Source: Ylistrum balloti
Lineage: Eukaryota
Direction of reading: 5' to 3'
Length of the DNA stretch: 64,000 nucleotides
Assembly: GCF_031769215.1 (NCBI RefSeq)
Contig: NW_026781915.1
Coordinates: 1,736,001-1,800,000, forward strand
The translations under genes and the position numbers were made by a program. Of the stretch, positions 27,001 through 38,632 are shown piece by piece. Each line of letters begins with the position of its first letter. Position 1 is the stretch's first letter. The notes beneath the pieces were generated by a model, which was given only the letters and a program-made list of their open reading frames with translations, did no database searches and had not been told where the DNA came from.

Positions 27001-30000
27001 GATGTTTTGTCGGGATTGATGGGATGCATTTTTTGGGAGGGGATGTCTTAAAGTCAAGCATTGATGGGATATCTTATATTGAAGTATTGTTGGGATGTGT
27101 CTTGGTCAGGGATTGGTGGGATGCAAGGATTGGTGAGACACATTGTTCGGATCGGTTGTCTTATAGTCAGGCATTGTTAGAGTGTCTCATGGTCAGGAAT
27201 TGGTAGGATGTATTTAAGTTAGGGATTGGTGGGAGGCAGGGATTGGTGGGAGGCATTGTTGAGAGTGAATATGATAGTCAGGCTTTGGTAGGATGTCTTG
27301 TTGTCAGGGATTGGAGGGATGTCTTGTTGTCAGGGATTGGAGGGATGTCTTGTTGTCAGGGATTGGAGGGATGTCTTGTTGTCAGGGATTGGAGGGATGT
27401 CTTGTGGTCAGGGATTGGGAGGATATCTTGTGGTCAGGGATTGGAGGGATGTCTTGTTGTCAGGGATTGGAGGGATGTCTTGTTGTCAGGGATTGAAGGG
27501 ATGTCTTGTTGTCAGGGATTGGAGGGATGTCTTGTTGTCAGGGATTGGAGGGATGTCTTGTGGTCAGGGATTGAAGGGATGTCTTGTTGTCAGGGATTGG
27601 TAGGATATCTTGTTGTCAGGGATTGGAGGGATGTCTTGTGGTCAGGGATTGGTAGGATATCTTGTGGTCAGGGAATGGAGGGATGTGTTTTGGTCAGGGA
27701 TTTGTGGGATGTCTCACAGTCGGCATTAGTGATTTTTTTTTTAATGTAGCTGGTCTATGTTGTGTGATATTTGTAGATTTGTGTAATGATTAACTAGTAC
27801 TAGCTGTTGTGTGTGTATTACCTATTGATGTGTGGTTGTATACCTTAATTATGTGCTGACAACAGGTGCATTAAGTTTTGTCAGCGAGGAAAATGAAGAA
27901 GGTAAGATCAGTTCTCAGTTTGATGACTTCTGATTTTATAAATTATACTGTTTTTGCTGATTCCATGGCAAAATATCGTCGTCTGTTTCTTTTGTACAAA
28001 AAGTAAATCTGAAAAGATGTCCAAGCTGCCTTGGTATTACTATGGTTACCAGGTATTCAAACTTACTGCAGTGTTTTATCAAAAATTGATCACATGTTGC
28101 TGAGTGATACAGGCTGTAGAGGCTTTCTGATATCTGTATAGTTTGTATATATCACCACCTTTATTTGGGGTGATGGTTGAGTAGTACGGAGAAGGTGTTA
28201 AACTGAGGAACATGGCACTGTTTTATCACAACTGTACAATCAGATCATTACGTGTGATATATATATATATATTCATTGGATGTCTTTATCAGTATCATGG
28301 TTTTATTGGGTTACCAGTGGCTCAGAGTGCTGGGAAGCTTGGACTAAAGCCTTGTTTATCTTCAATATTATATCTCATCATAGCGTCACCATAGAAATAT
28401 TACCTAGCCTAAAAACTGTTAAATTGAAGGAAGTCAAATGTTCTATTTAATATAGATATGATGGTCACTTTAAAGTTTTCAAATGGATTAAATTCTTTTT
28501 GGGGACACTCAAAATCAATTAAGTTTATTTGATGTCATTTTTTCCCCTTAAAATCAAATATCAAGCCAACCTAAATTTCAAGTCTTTATGAAAAGTGATT
28601 GGAAGAAAACTTTCTCTATGCCTTGAATGTCATTATTTATACTATATCAGTGATATTGGAGGACACACTTTGAGGTGAAAGACTTGACAGTAATGGATTG
28701 ATGTAACTCCTGTTTACTAGGAAGCAATGCTATTTTCAACTTTATTTACTATAAATTTTAAAGAGACAAAAGAGGAAACAATTGAGCCCCCAGTTATTAC
28801 AGTCCAAACGGCTGTAGTGCAGCCAGACAATGAGGACACAGGAGGTAAATTAACATCAAATGACAATCTCACTTTATTACTTTGTTAGATTTCACTGAAT
28901 CACATCTGCACTTCTTTTCTCATTAAGTTACAATTAATTTTTAATATTAATTCTGTATTAAAACACTTCTTTTTTTAGTTTATAGCACATATCTATTGAT
29001 ATCTCCCTATCTCAGCTTTTAATTTTAATGTGTGACTAAATTTTAATTTCTGCTTTGATCAGTATTTTGATATTTTCAAATAAGGATGGTGTTTTGGACT
29101 TTCTATTACCTCTCTGTCTACGTAACAGGACCAGAAACTATTATAGAAATCCCTTTGATTTGGAGCTCACTATCTTTAGTTTCTAGCTTTTTTTGTTTTT
29201 TTGTTTTTATAGAATAATAAGATTTGTACTACCTTTGTATATTTAGCAAACATTTTGGTTATGTCTATTTCTTTTTCTCATTTCATCTATGTTCATCTGT
29301 GTCTTTGTCAAACATTTATGTTCATCTGTGTCTTTGTCAAACATTTATGTTCATCTGTGTCTTTGTCAAACATTTCTATTTATTTGTGTCTTCACCAAAC
29401 ATTTCTATTTATTTGTGTCTTCACCAAACATTTCTGTTAATTTGTGTCTTCATCAAACATTGGTATTTATTTGTCTTCACTAAACATTTCTATTTATTTG
29501 TGTCTTCACCAAACATTTCTGTTTATTTGTGTCTTTATCAAACATTGGAGTTTATTTGTGTCTTTATCAAACATTGGAGTTTATTTGTGTCTTTATCACC
29601 ATCATCAAGTGTTTCTGTTTTATTTGTGTCTTCCTTATTCATTTGTATTAACTTGTATGTTTAGCCCTGTTTCACTAATTGTTTTTACTGGTATTTTGTA
29701 TCATCAGTATCTATATAACATTTATATAGGAAATGTAGACAATCTACGAGGGATCTATAAAAAGATCTCACACTGGCTTATTGTGTTACGATGCCATTAT
29801 AATTTTATCATCATCTATGTAACGTTTATGTACGAAATGTAGATAAACTACAAGAGGTTTATGAAAAGATTTCACACATATTTCTTGTTTGTTATAACTT
29901 TCAAATCATTATTTGCCAATACCTGAAAAACAACCCAGGATTTTATACTTCATTTAAAGAAATCTTGATATTGATTAACTAGTATGCAGTTCAACTACCA

Positions 30001-33000
30001 ATCAAAAACAAGGTAACAAAATGTTATTACCTTTATATTGTTTACCTCATCATCACTGATTTGTTAAGCACTGTTGTCTTTCCTGTATTTGTACACGTAT
30101 AAAGATTTTTCTGTTTTGCATGTTTTTATTTTGTTCTAGTTCTTGTTTGATTTTAAACAATTTACTATTAACATAATTTGACAAAACAGTATTTTATCAC
30201 ATAATCACATTTTTGCAAATAAGTGCAATGATAAATTAGTGTATCTACAGTTATTACTATATAAGAAATATATAGAAGCTGCAGTTAGTGAAATCTAAAA
30301 TATGGCTGTTTACAGTAATTATGATTTTCTAATTTTCAGGAAAAGTAGTAGAATTTAAAGTTGTTGAATGTATAAATTATTACTTGTGGATAATGTGAAA
30401 ATTTTCCATGTAGACATAAACACATTGCTTGTTAAATGAATTTTTAATTCATGAATGATCTTTGTTAACTAAGAAGATTTCATTCAAATTCTACATAATA
30501 TAATATGTATCAGTATTACTCTGCTGCAATATTAATGATTCAAAGTGACATCATTACTGTTAAATGTTATAACTGGAACAGAAACTCCATAAAGGATTAA
30601 AATGAATATTTACAGTTCCCTTAAAAACCAATTCTGATTTTGAAATGCATTGTTGTTGTAGGCTGGGATTATGAAGATTTTTGTGCATTAATTTGAATGA
30701 CTATTGAAATTAACTTAAAACATATAATTTTATTGTTTTCTGAATATCTTTGGGAACTCAAGTGAAGTAAGTTGAACAAATATTTTGTATAGATCTGACA
30801 TGGGAAGTCTACTTTAGAACAGTGAAAAATCCAAATGTATATAATGCTGGCGGTCATGAATATGGCCTGATAGTTTACCAACTATGATTTAGTCATTCTG
30901 GTACAGTAGGTCACTGGTCACCACCACCAGCGAGACCGTCATCACCAGCATTGAAAAACAAGGCAGTGTCCCGGCCAGGAAGTGCAGTCCTTAACCTGTC
31001 CACAGGAAACCACTGGCTAGCGGGGGGTAGGGATGTCTTCTGGGAAAACTATAAAAAACGACCAATGTCTGGACATGTACCGGGATGGAAGGAAGGATTA
31101 CCAGACAGTATGCAGCGTCCACGATCAGCTGTGGCATCCCGTACATGGAGGTGACTTTCACTAATAGCTGTTTCTACCATATCCTTTAACTCCCATTTTC
31201 TTGCGTAAATGGCTTTACTCTAATATTCTGTGATTATTGATAGAATTACTGAGGGTACTGGCATCCTCTCTGTTGACTGCCAAGGTTTGACAGGTGCTTT
31301 ATAACATGCTACCTATAAACTTATTAATAGATGCATCACCTCTTTTCTAATGAACAAGAGGAGATAGTCAGTGAAAGATAGTCTGGAGTTGACTTTTCAT
31401 TATTGTGTTTGTGACATCATTAATAGAATTATGGATGGTCATTACTTTTATGTAATTGAGGCCATTAGGTTTTGATTAACAAGGTTTTTAATGTTAACAT
31501 TATGTGTTACCTTTTTACAGTAGAAGATCTAAAGCATCATCACCTGTCACCCCGTCCTCCCTGATGTATGAAAGTGTGATGCAAGGTAAGGTCTTCAATT
31601 TGTAGGGATGGAGTTTTCTACATACATTTTTATTGACATTGAAATAATCTCTAATTGTAATCTGTGATAATCTGTTTATTATCTCAGAAAATTTGTGATA
31701 TCTGATTATATTCATAGACAATCTGTGATAATCTGGTTATAATCTTAGACAATCTGTGATAATCTGGTTATAATTTTAGACAATCTGTGATAATCTGGTT
31801 ATAATTTTAGACAATCTGTGATAATCTGGTTATAATTTTAGACAATCTGTGATAATCTGGTTATAATTTTAGACAATCTGTGAAAACCTGGTTATAATTT
31901 TAGACAATCTGTGAAAACCTGGTTATAATCTTAGACAATCTGTGATAACCTGGTTATAATCTTAGACAATCTGTGATAACCTGGTTATAATCTTAGACAA
32001 TCTGTGATAACCTGGTTATAATCTTAGAAATAAAATTTTTGATTATAAGAGATACATTTGTTAAAATTGTGTTGTTAATATTTCCAGAAGGAAGTTTATT
32101 CTAGCATTAGTTGATGTCATTCAGATATAAAACATGATTTTGAAATTAGATATCAGATTTTTTTAATTTCAGAAGTTTGTAGTCACTAGAAGCATTGATT
32201 AATATTTTTAATCATACTTGGCCAAATCTTAACTTCTGAAGGAATATTGGATAATTAATTTAGTGTTCTGGTTTAGGAACAAAGCTTAGATGGGGATGGG
32301 GTAGAGATGTTTTTATAAAGAGAGAAAAGTTACAGATCTCTATAAAGAGAAACAACCCAAGGAGAGAAACATCTTCCATTTGACTTCCTAGGGGTTAACA
32401 AAATAATAACTATGGTACAGTCACTGTGATACATTATGTTATGTACCTGATTGTTGGTCCTGATTTTCAGGGGAGGTAACTGCATTACATTGCATCAATG
32501 AAGAATTGGGTACATTTGAATTTGTAAGCTATAATAAGCTTTACAATGACTCTTCAGTTAGTCTGGCAACCTGGAGGATCTCTGATGCATTTTTTCCACG
32601 CTTACGTTTTTTTCTGTTCTGATTGAGATTCTGTATAGATGTTTGTATTTCTGCTTTCTGGATATAAGTGATTATTGCTTACCTGTGTTCTTAATTAAAT
32701 CATTTTTACTATTTTTAATCAATCTTAAATGTATACTATGATAAAAGTTGGTATAATATTTAAATTAAAGTTGTAGAATACATTTAACAGTAAGCAAATA
32801 AAGCGGGAATTAAAACTAGGAACAAGTCTCTTTAATGAAAACAGATATAGCAGGAAATAAAACAAGAACAAGTCTCTTTAATGAAAACAGATATAGCAGG
32901 AAATAAAACAAGAACAAGTCTCTTTAATGAAAACAGATATAGCAGGAAATAAAACAAGAACAAGTCTCTTTAATGAAAACAGATATAGCAGGAAATAAAA

Positions 33001-36000
33001 CAAGAACAAGTCTCTTTAATGAAAACAGATATAGCAGGAAATAAAACAAGAACAAGTCTCTTTAAAACAAGAACAAGTCTCTTTAATGAAAACAGATATA
33101 GCAGGAAATAAAACAAGAACAAGTCTCTTTAATGAAAACAGATATAGCTGGAAATGAAACAAGAACAAGTCTCTTTAATGAAAACAGATATAGCAGGAAA
33201 TGAAACAAGAACAAGTCTCTTTAATGAAAACAGATATAGCATGAAATTAAACAAGAACAAGTCTCTTTAATGAAAACAGATATAGCAGGAAATGAAACAA
33301 GAACAAGTCTCTTTAATGAAAACAGATATAGCAGGAAATAAAACAAGAACAAGTCTCTTTAATGAAAACAGATATAGCAGGAAACAAGTCTCTTTAATGA
33401 AAACAGATATAGCAGGAAAAAACAAGAACAAGTCTCTTTAATGAAAACAGATATAGCTGGAAATGAAACAAGAACAAGTCTCTTTAATGAAAACAGATAT
33501 AGCAGGAAATGAAACAAGAACAAGTCTCTTTAATGAAAACAGATATAGCTGGAAATGAAACAAGAACAAGTCTCTTTAATGAAAACAGATATAGCAGGAA
33601 ATAAAACAAGAACAAGTCTCTTTAATGAAAACAGATATAGCAGGAAATGAAACAAGAACAAGTCTCTTTAATGAAAACAGATATAGCAGGAAATGAAACA
33701 AGAACAAGTCTCTTTAATGAAAACAGATATAGCAGGAAATAAAACAAGTCTCTTTAATGAAAACAGATATAGCAGGAAATAAAACAAGAACAAGTCTCTT
33801 TAATGAAAACAGATATAGCAGGAAATGAAACAAGAACAATGAAAACAGATATAGCAGGAAATAAAACAAGAACAAGTCTCTTTAATGAAAACAGATATAG
33901 CAGGAAATAAAACAAGAACAAGTCTCTTTAATGAAAACAGATATAGCAGGAAATAAAACAAGAACAAGTCTCTTTAATGAAAACAGATATAGCTGGAAAT
34001 GAAACAAGAACAAGTCTCTTTAATGAAAACAGATATAGCTGGAAATGAAACAAGAACAAGTCTCTTTAATGAAAACAGATATAGCAGGAAATAAAACAAG
34101 AACAAGTCTCTTTAATGAAAACAGATATTATTTCAGACAGATTTTTACCTTTATCAAAATGTAAAATACCTTATACACCACGAATGAGTCACCAAATAAT
34201 GTAGCAATCAAAATCAGACATTTTATCAACCTTAGTCTGGATCTAAGATAAACAAAGGGGAATGTTTATGTCCATGTTAGATATCGAACCAGGCTCTACT
34301 TTCATGCAAACACTGTGGAGTCTTTTTTCAATAATTGAAGCACAATAATTCAGTTTATGTACATTACGACAGAAATGGGATTATTACAGTTCAATTGTGT
34401 GCATTTCTTTTTCTTATAGATATGCGGCTGTATTCTCTAGTACGAGGGCGACCAACACTTAGAGCTTGATCTGTTTAGGTCCATACTTAATGTCTTACCT
34501 TTGTACAAAGTTTGAGTTTCTCATCAGCAAAATACCAGCACATGTATTCCAGTCACATATTGGAATTTGGTTGCGCAGGGTGCCTTACTATATACTGCTC
34601 ATTTCTCACCAGCATTATTTCTAAATCTTTCCAATTAGACAAAACACTAAATTCAAAACAAGACCATCATGTGATATATACCAATCATCACCCAGATGAC
34701 AAATGTCATTATTTAGTAATATATTTTCAATTGAATGAAGAAATAATGATGTGTGAAATATGTGCTGTGTGTATCATGATATAACACTGAAGTCACTTAC
34801 TGCCTAGCTGATACTACAGAACAAACATTGTATACCATCATATACATCTTGGTGATAGAGGTAATCATGCTTCTTTAGTAAGCCTGCTTATATAAAGATG
34901 GTTGATAGGTGACAGATTGTTTATATATTACTTAACACTGGTAAACAACTTCTTCTTCCACTCCATCAAGTTCTTCTTTTACAAAATTCCAATAATTCTC
35001 CTCCAAATTCTTTATTTTGACAAGTTTATCTGTTGAAAGTCCCAGTTAAGTTGAAATGTACTTTGGTAATTTGTTAATTTTTAAGATAATCCAGATCAAA
35101 ATTTAGATGAAGATTTAAAGTAATTCATGGTGAGGATCAGAATTGAAAGGAAATTATTTAATTTGTATAGTTTTTATAACTGTTCAACCCCAAGGAAATT
35201 ATGGTAGTACACATACCACAGTAATCCACACTCAGCAATTTGTGACAATTAAATGTGTCTGGTCACCTGACTATAAAAGACCATATCTTTAACAAAGAAT
35301 TTGTGAATATTTATATGGTTGTGTTATTGTTTTGTTGCACAGGTTACCAGAACCCCTGGTCACTTCCTGAGCTAACTGACCTCTCTGACTACCCCTCCCC
35401 CACCCACCAGTACACTCAGCCCCGCGCCCTGGGCACGCCCACGCACGGAACTGACTTCTACCACCCACCAGCTCCTGACACTATCTATAGGTAGAGCTAG
35501 CCATCATTCAATGGCTGTAAACCACCATGTTTTACTGATCCCTACTAGTTGTGGCCAGACTGACCAATTCTGACCAATCATAAGTGGAGATGGCATGTTG
35601 TATCTTTTGATTAAGAAACAATCCATTGTAGAAGACTGTCCAGTTTTAGAATAATCGTACAAGTTGGGGTTGGTGATAATTCTAGGTTTTGGTCAGTCTG
35701 TTTGGGATTTTAAACCTAACCATTACAATTGCTGTGATATTAAATATAGTGGTACATAACTGGTCTAGTCATGCATGTAAATTACCTGCCTTGTAACCAA
35801 CCACTTCCCTATATAACCAATACTTTATCGCATGTATCTGATTGGTCTGTAAAAGGGAGATCACTCAAAAATTATTATTTTCCTGAAGAAATATCCTTAA
35901 TTTTGTTTGTATTGTTAGTGTTGAAAGATTGCTGTACTTTAGATTTGTCATTAACCTGTGTCATACTTATCATATAGATATATAATATATTCATTTTTGT

Positions 36001-38209
36001 GGGAATTATTATTTTTGCTTTTTTCGTTTACAAATTCACTTGAATGAAATCTGAGGGTTATACTGCAGTGCATTCTATAAGTCACCTACTGGTCTATCTA
36101 TTGTTTAAACATTCATATATTTATCTATCAGTCTCAATCTCATTCACTCATTTTTCATGTGAATTTAGCTTCTTAAAAGAATCAGTCATGTGATAAACTT
36201 TGGACAAGGCTTTAGACAATATGAGTATGGTGATGGTACATTCTTCCCAGAGTTATGTCCCTTCTCAATTTTGATTTAGTCATTCCTATTGTTGACGCGT
36301 CAACTCTTTCTCAGTATAAGAAAATGACAGCAAACTTTTGACAGTTTCCAGACACATTATTATACTTCCATTTCATCATTCTCTTTGTTATGTACCCATT
36401 ATACAATGTACTTACTATACAGTAATCAGGCTCCTTTTTCCATCTAATTCAGACACTTGACATGTCTTTCCTGCTTTGCTGTCATATTTTTTGCAAATTA
36501 ATTTCATTTTGCTCTCAGAATTTGAGGTTCCTTTCCACGGTGACTGTTAGGAGAATATGTATTGTAGTGCTTGTGCCATTTGTTTTTTCTAGTTTTCATA
36601 AATTCTAAAGTAAATTTCACAATACTTGACTTTTGTATACTTAGTTAATATGCTGACTTGTACAAAGAAAACTTCCAAACATTTTATTTAATCAGATTTG
36701 GACTTTTTCCTCATTGCAGCTAGATTGGCAGCCATTTTCCTTTGAGGATGACTTTTCTAAACTGATTTACGTGTCACTGATATGTATCTAGTATTTTTAC
36801 TAGACCTGAATTTCATTAAGAAAAACATTATGTTGTGTTTTCATTGGACAGGTTGGCATATATAAGAAAAAGGATAGAATTGTGATTTTTTGTTAGAATT
36901 CATAAAAACATGGAAACCAAATAATGTGGGATAGTGATTTGAATGTAGGCATAGCTCTAATATAGAAATGGTGTTTAGGGTTCCCTCTCCACAGCACATA
37001 GATATTACCTTGTTAATGTTATTTCAGTGAGAAGAAACTTTGTAATAAATGAACTGTAGATTTTATTACATCAGAGTTTGACTGAATTCACAACTAATTA
37101 AAATTATTATTGAATTAAGTGGAAACTATATTGGTTAAATATGAAATAAAAATCTTTGTAACTCCATGACACCACAATAGATCACTCAATAAAATGTTAT
37201 TGATCAGCTGATTGTGGTATATTGGGTAAGGAAAAAGAATTGATGTTGTGAGAGAGGAACTGGTGGTCATCAAGGTCACAATTGTAGCTGGTGGTGGGTC
37301 AGGGGTCAAAGTTCGGGGTTGTGGGTACCAATATGTGGTGTGGGAGTCAGGATGGTACTCACAAGATTGACTGGCGTGATCACTGAGGCATCATACTGTA
37401 ATCCATGGCTGACCTCAGGCTAGCAGTGTGACCAAATACCTTTCCACCAAATATGTGTGCTTTCTGTGTGCTGTGCCTCCTTGAAACTGCTTTGTCACAC
37501 CTATGGTGACCATGGTGGTAAGATGCAGTGACCTCTGTTTTTCTCTTTACACAGTATTCTAATTTCTAACTCTTTACATAAATATCATAAGCTTTCTTAA
37601 GTTTCTTAATACAATGCTATTCAGGATAATAAATTAATATATGTGAAAGAGATATTACATGATGGATAGATTTTTAAGTGGTAGTCAAATTTCAGGATAT
37701 TTTTAATTTTGAAATTTGTGTATTGTATTGTAAATGCTGTGATTAACATACCACACTGAGCTGAACTTACTGGATGGCATAACCTATTAAGATGTTAATA
37801 CACATATCTATCACGGACAAGCTATGTTACTCTGAATGGTTTGACAACTTACTGCTGATTCTGTTCGGTCAGGTCAAATTTTGGTTAAAAGTTTTGTCAA
37901 TGTTTTGTTTACATGAACTCTTTTATTATGATTTACGCATTTGTCTGCTATGATCATAAATGTTTCCAAATTGCTAATTCATTGTTTACAATCCTATATA
38001 GATAGTAATATATATTTTATTACTATCTTATATAACTTTCCTGAACACTGTCCTTGTATGGTAACTCTCCTCTACCTTTTCTCCCCAGAACACCACCCAG
38101 TAGTCCACGCAGCAGAAGTCCCAAGGTGATTTATCCAGGCATGCACTGTATCCTTGAATCACCAGAAAATGACAATGATACAAATACTGATACGCAAGTA
38201 TATTCCTAA
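40..38209 (+). CDS. Uncharacterized multi-exon protein-coding gene (5' part lies upstream of the window); at least 685 aa visible, low-complexity Pro/Ser/Thr-rich C-terminal part with repeated RPxS motifs
   Basis: Hand-built AG/GT exons: 40-106, 517-643, 2572-2613, 6031-6217, 10349-10480, 10937-11299, 25002-25042, 25638-25865, 26698-26873, 27866-27901, 28764-28844, 30907-31150, 31521-31585, 35343-35490, 38089-38209 (TAA). Every junction is phase-compatible, giving one stop-free frame (TLGKIVSLPQPFVALVSMDSVPVANGAMESKLKHSDDHYTYINMDHLGWDLDLGVWKPKGAIGDSLLKEFLANHKFPNRLTMHNVEDLQKDLERK...TNTDTQVYS*). Exons are GC-richer than their flanks. No family recognised. Confidence 0.85.
1309..2002. repeat. 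Intronic minisatellite, ~40-bp unit with a 240-bp higher-order duplication
   Basis: Unit about CTAGGGGACAGAAATATGGGCACTGCCATAGGAACAGTTA. Lines 1321-1500 recur identically at 1561-1740. Confidence 0.95.
2618..3440. repeat. Intronic minisatellite, 60-bp unit, about 13 copies
   Basis: CTTACCTGTAGTATTTAATACCAACCCTACATAACTCACCTTAACTAGGTGGGGTCTAAC aligns in register with the 60-nt lines 2701-3400. Confidence 0.97.
3441..5300. repeat. Intronic minisatellite, 61-bp unit related to the preceding 60-bp array, with internal ~21-bp duplications
   Basis: CCTTACCTGTAATGTCTAGTGCCACACCGTATATAACTCACCATGACTAAGTATAACCCAA; period 61 (3901 to 3962). Two variants alternate. Confidence 0.97.
7447..7506 (+). CDS. 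Possible additional 60-bp phase-0 exon of the + strand gene (LIMGILPDRLFHHNRYTIPW)
   Basis: TTGTAG acceptor at 7441-7446 and strong TGG|GTAAGT donor at 7507. It is open in phase 0 and sits between two phase-0 junctions (6217 and 10349). No transcript evidence. Confidence 0.5.
7518..8640. repeat. Intronic minisatellite, 85-bp unit made of two related ~42-bp halves
   Basis: GGCTAAATAG recurs every ~42-43 bp and the full period is 85 (7684, 7769, 7854). The array degenerates after about 8450. Confidence 0.95.
9310..9760. repeat. 63-bp tandem repeat (5 copies) followed by ~27-bp AT-rich repeats
   Basis: ACAATGTATCTGTATCAATATCACAGAATACTCTTGTGTTGTGACTCTAGTTATACATGTACT at 9311, 9374, 9437 and onward; then ATTATTTATAATCACCAACCATTT units at about 9632-9760. 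Confidence 0.95.
11085..11150 (+). repeat. 12-bp coding tandem repeat (SQTP/SQPT/SQVP) inside exon 10937-11299
   Basis: CCCTTCACAGAC / CCCTTCACAGGT-type units, about 5 copies, in frame. Confidence 0.8.
11893..12570. repeat. Intronic minisatellite, 21-bp unit
   Basis: ACCAATCTCACTATACATTAT and variants, about 30 copies, degenerate at the 3' edge. Confidence 0.95.
13480..17287. repeat. Large intronic minisatellite, 36/37-bp unit, roughly 100 copies
   Basis: CTCTAGGTATGTATAGGTTACAGAGAAGTTATACCT(C). Homogeneous from 13680 to 17287 apart from a degenerate patch at about 15490-15640; degenerate copies at 13480-13680. Confidence 0.98.
18590..18745. repeat. Short degenerate tandem repeat (~40 bp)
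   Basis: ACAGTAGAA(T/C)CTGTCCTAAGAGATAAGACACA-like words recur about 4 times. Confidence 0.55.
19357..19825. repeat. Intronic minisatellite, 31-bp unit that switches to a related 31-bp variant
   Basis: ACATTTTACCACAAGGAGATGATGAATCTGT, about 10 copies; then CATTTTACCACTAGGTGGTGTTGAAGTTCAA-type copies from about 19681. Confidence 0.95.
20428..21753 (-). CDS. Intronless ankyrin-repeat protein (441 aa from ATG, 11 complete repeats plus degenerate caps), nested antisense in an intron of the + strand gene
   Basis: Uninterrupted ORF with consecutive ~33-aa units such as GETPLLKSILYNNLATSKILIDHGADVN, GTTPLHLSVSEGYLDVVKLIL, GRTPLHMACAISHFPITRILIDNGADVN and GSTPLHYSARTGNTDCMRLLLRCGVNIN. The ORF track starts at a TTG (21762); the first ATG is at 21753 and the stop is at 20428-20430. 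Confidence 0.93.
   Translation of the reverse strand: MTYLMKNYAELEAGSEALVKAIVLGDEDEIVNIMNKYDQFCPEIFTTITSEGTTALHCVAQRVRPQILRIMLELGVDINSRDNDGETPLLKSILYNNLATSKILIDHGADVNETVCHKSGNTLLHKLIMGDRFKAVEMVVERGAAINAGDKTGRSSFHMSLLKNNLKMTSFLIERGADVNSSDNSGRNALHMTIGYKHPDLTKLLISKNADVSSKDRTGTTPLHLSVSEGYLDVVKLILRRSQANVNTKEKLMGRTPLHMACAISHFPITRILIDNGADVNLTTTFRKSALHLATTNGSSDITSLLLKHAANVNMLTIGNKTPLHNAIDSGNISVTSLLLQYGANINLRDLQGSTPLHYSARTGNTDCMRLLLRCGVNINSYDNKQRTALHTAIIHGHRNAAMCLIQGGINIATVDEDNKVATDYDKSGEVKTLVAKMYAD
25195..25530. repeat. Degenerate 39-bp (19+20) intronic tandem repeat
   Basis: TGTAATCAGAGTATGTAACCTTGATCAGAGTATGTTATC at 25381, 25420, 25459; shorter degenerate units upstream. Confidence 0.85.
26884..27715. 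repeat. G-rich intronic minisatellite, 26-bp unit
   Basis: GTCAGGGATTGGAGGGATGTCTTGTT (27303, 27329 and onward). Degenerate copies extend back to just after the donor at 26874. Confidence 0.95.
29245..29630. repeat. Intronic minisatellite, 29-bp unit
   Basis: CAAACATTTCTATTTATTTGTGTCTTCAC and variants, about 12 copies. Confidence 0.9.
31655..32030. repeat. Intronic minisatellite, 31-bp unit
   Basis: TTATAATCTTAGACAATCTGTGATAATCTGG (31747, 31778 and onward), about 10 good copies. Confidence 0.95.
32800..34128. repeat. A-rich intronic minisatellite, 46-bp unit, about 29 copies
   Basis: AAAACAAGAACAAGTCTCTTTAATGAAAACAGATATAGCAGGAAAT; period 46 (32821 to 32867), with a few deleted units. Confidence 0.98.
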
Positions 38210-38317
38210 TTGGGATGATGAGGAATCTTCAGGAGAATGATTTCTACACCTTAAGTCATCATTGTACATGTAAACCAGGAGACTTCTCTGTCTACTTACT
38301 TAGGATAGCTAAACTGT

Positions 38318-38632
38318 ATGCTGTATTGATAAATATTCTGTTTAGTCTCCAAGGCCTTGGAATATAACACAGACTCTACGCGGCATTGATAAATATCCTG
38401 TTTAGTCTCCAAGGCCTTGGAATATAACACAGACTCTACACGGTATTGATAAATATCCTGTTTAGTCTCCAAGACTTTGAAGGGTAACACAGACTCTACA
38501 CGGTATTGATAAATATTCTGTTTAGTCTCCAAGGCCTTGGAATATAACACAGACTCTACACGGTATTGATAAATATCCTGTTTAGTCTCCGAGACTTTGA
38601 AGGGTAACACAGATTCTACACTGTATTGATAC
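38318..38632. repeat. 60-bp tandem repeat (about 5 copies) just downstream of the gene-1 stop codon
   Basis: Lines 38341-38600 are in register. Two variants occur (GCCTTGGAATAT vs ACTTTGAAGGGT). Confidence 0.95.

Noticed and set aside
28310-28345. TGGCTCAGAGTG as a tRNA/SINE A-box
   Set aside because: No B-box or cloverleaf follows.
37372-37535. Minus-strand exon ending at a GTGAGT donor near 37371
   Set aside because: All three frames contain stops, the acceptor is purine-rich, and no partner exons were found.
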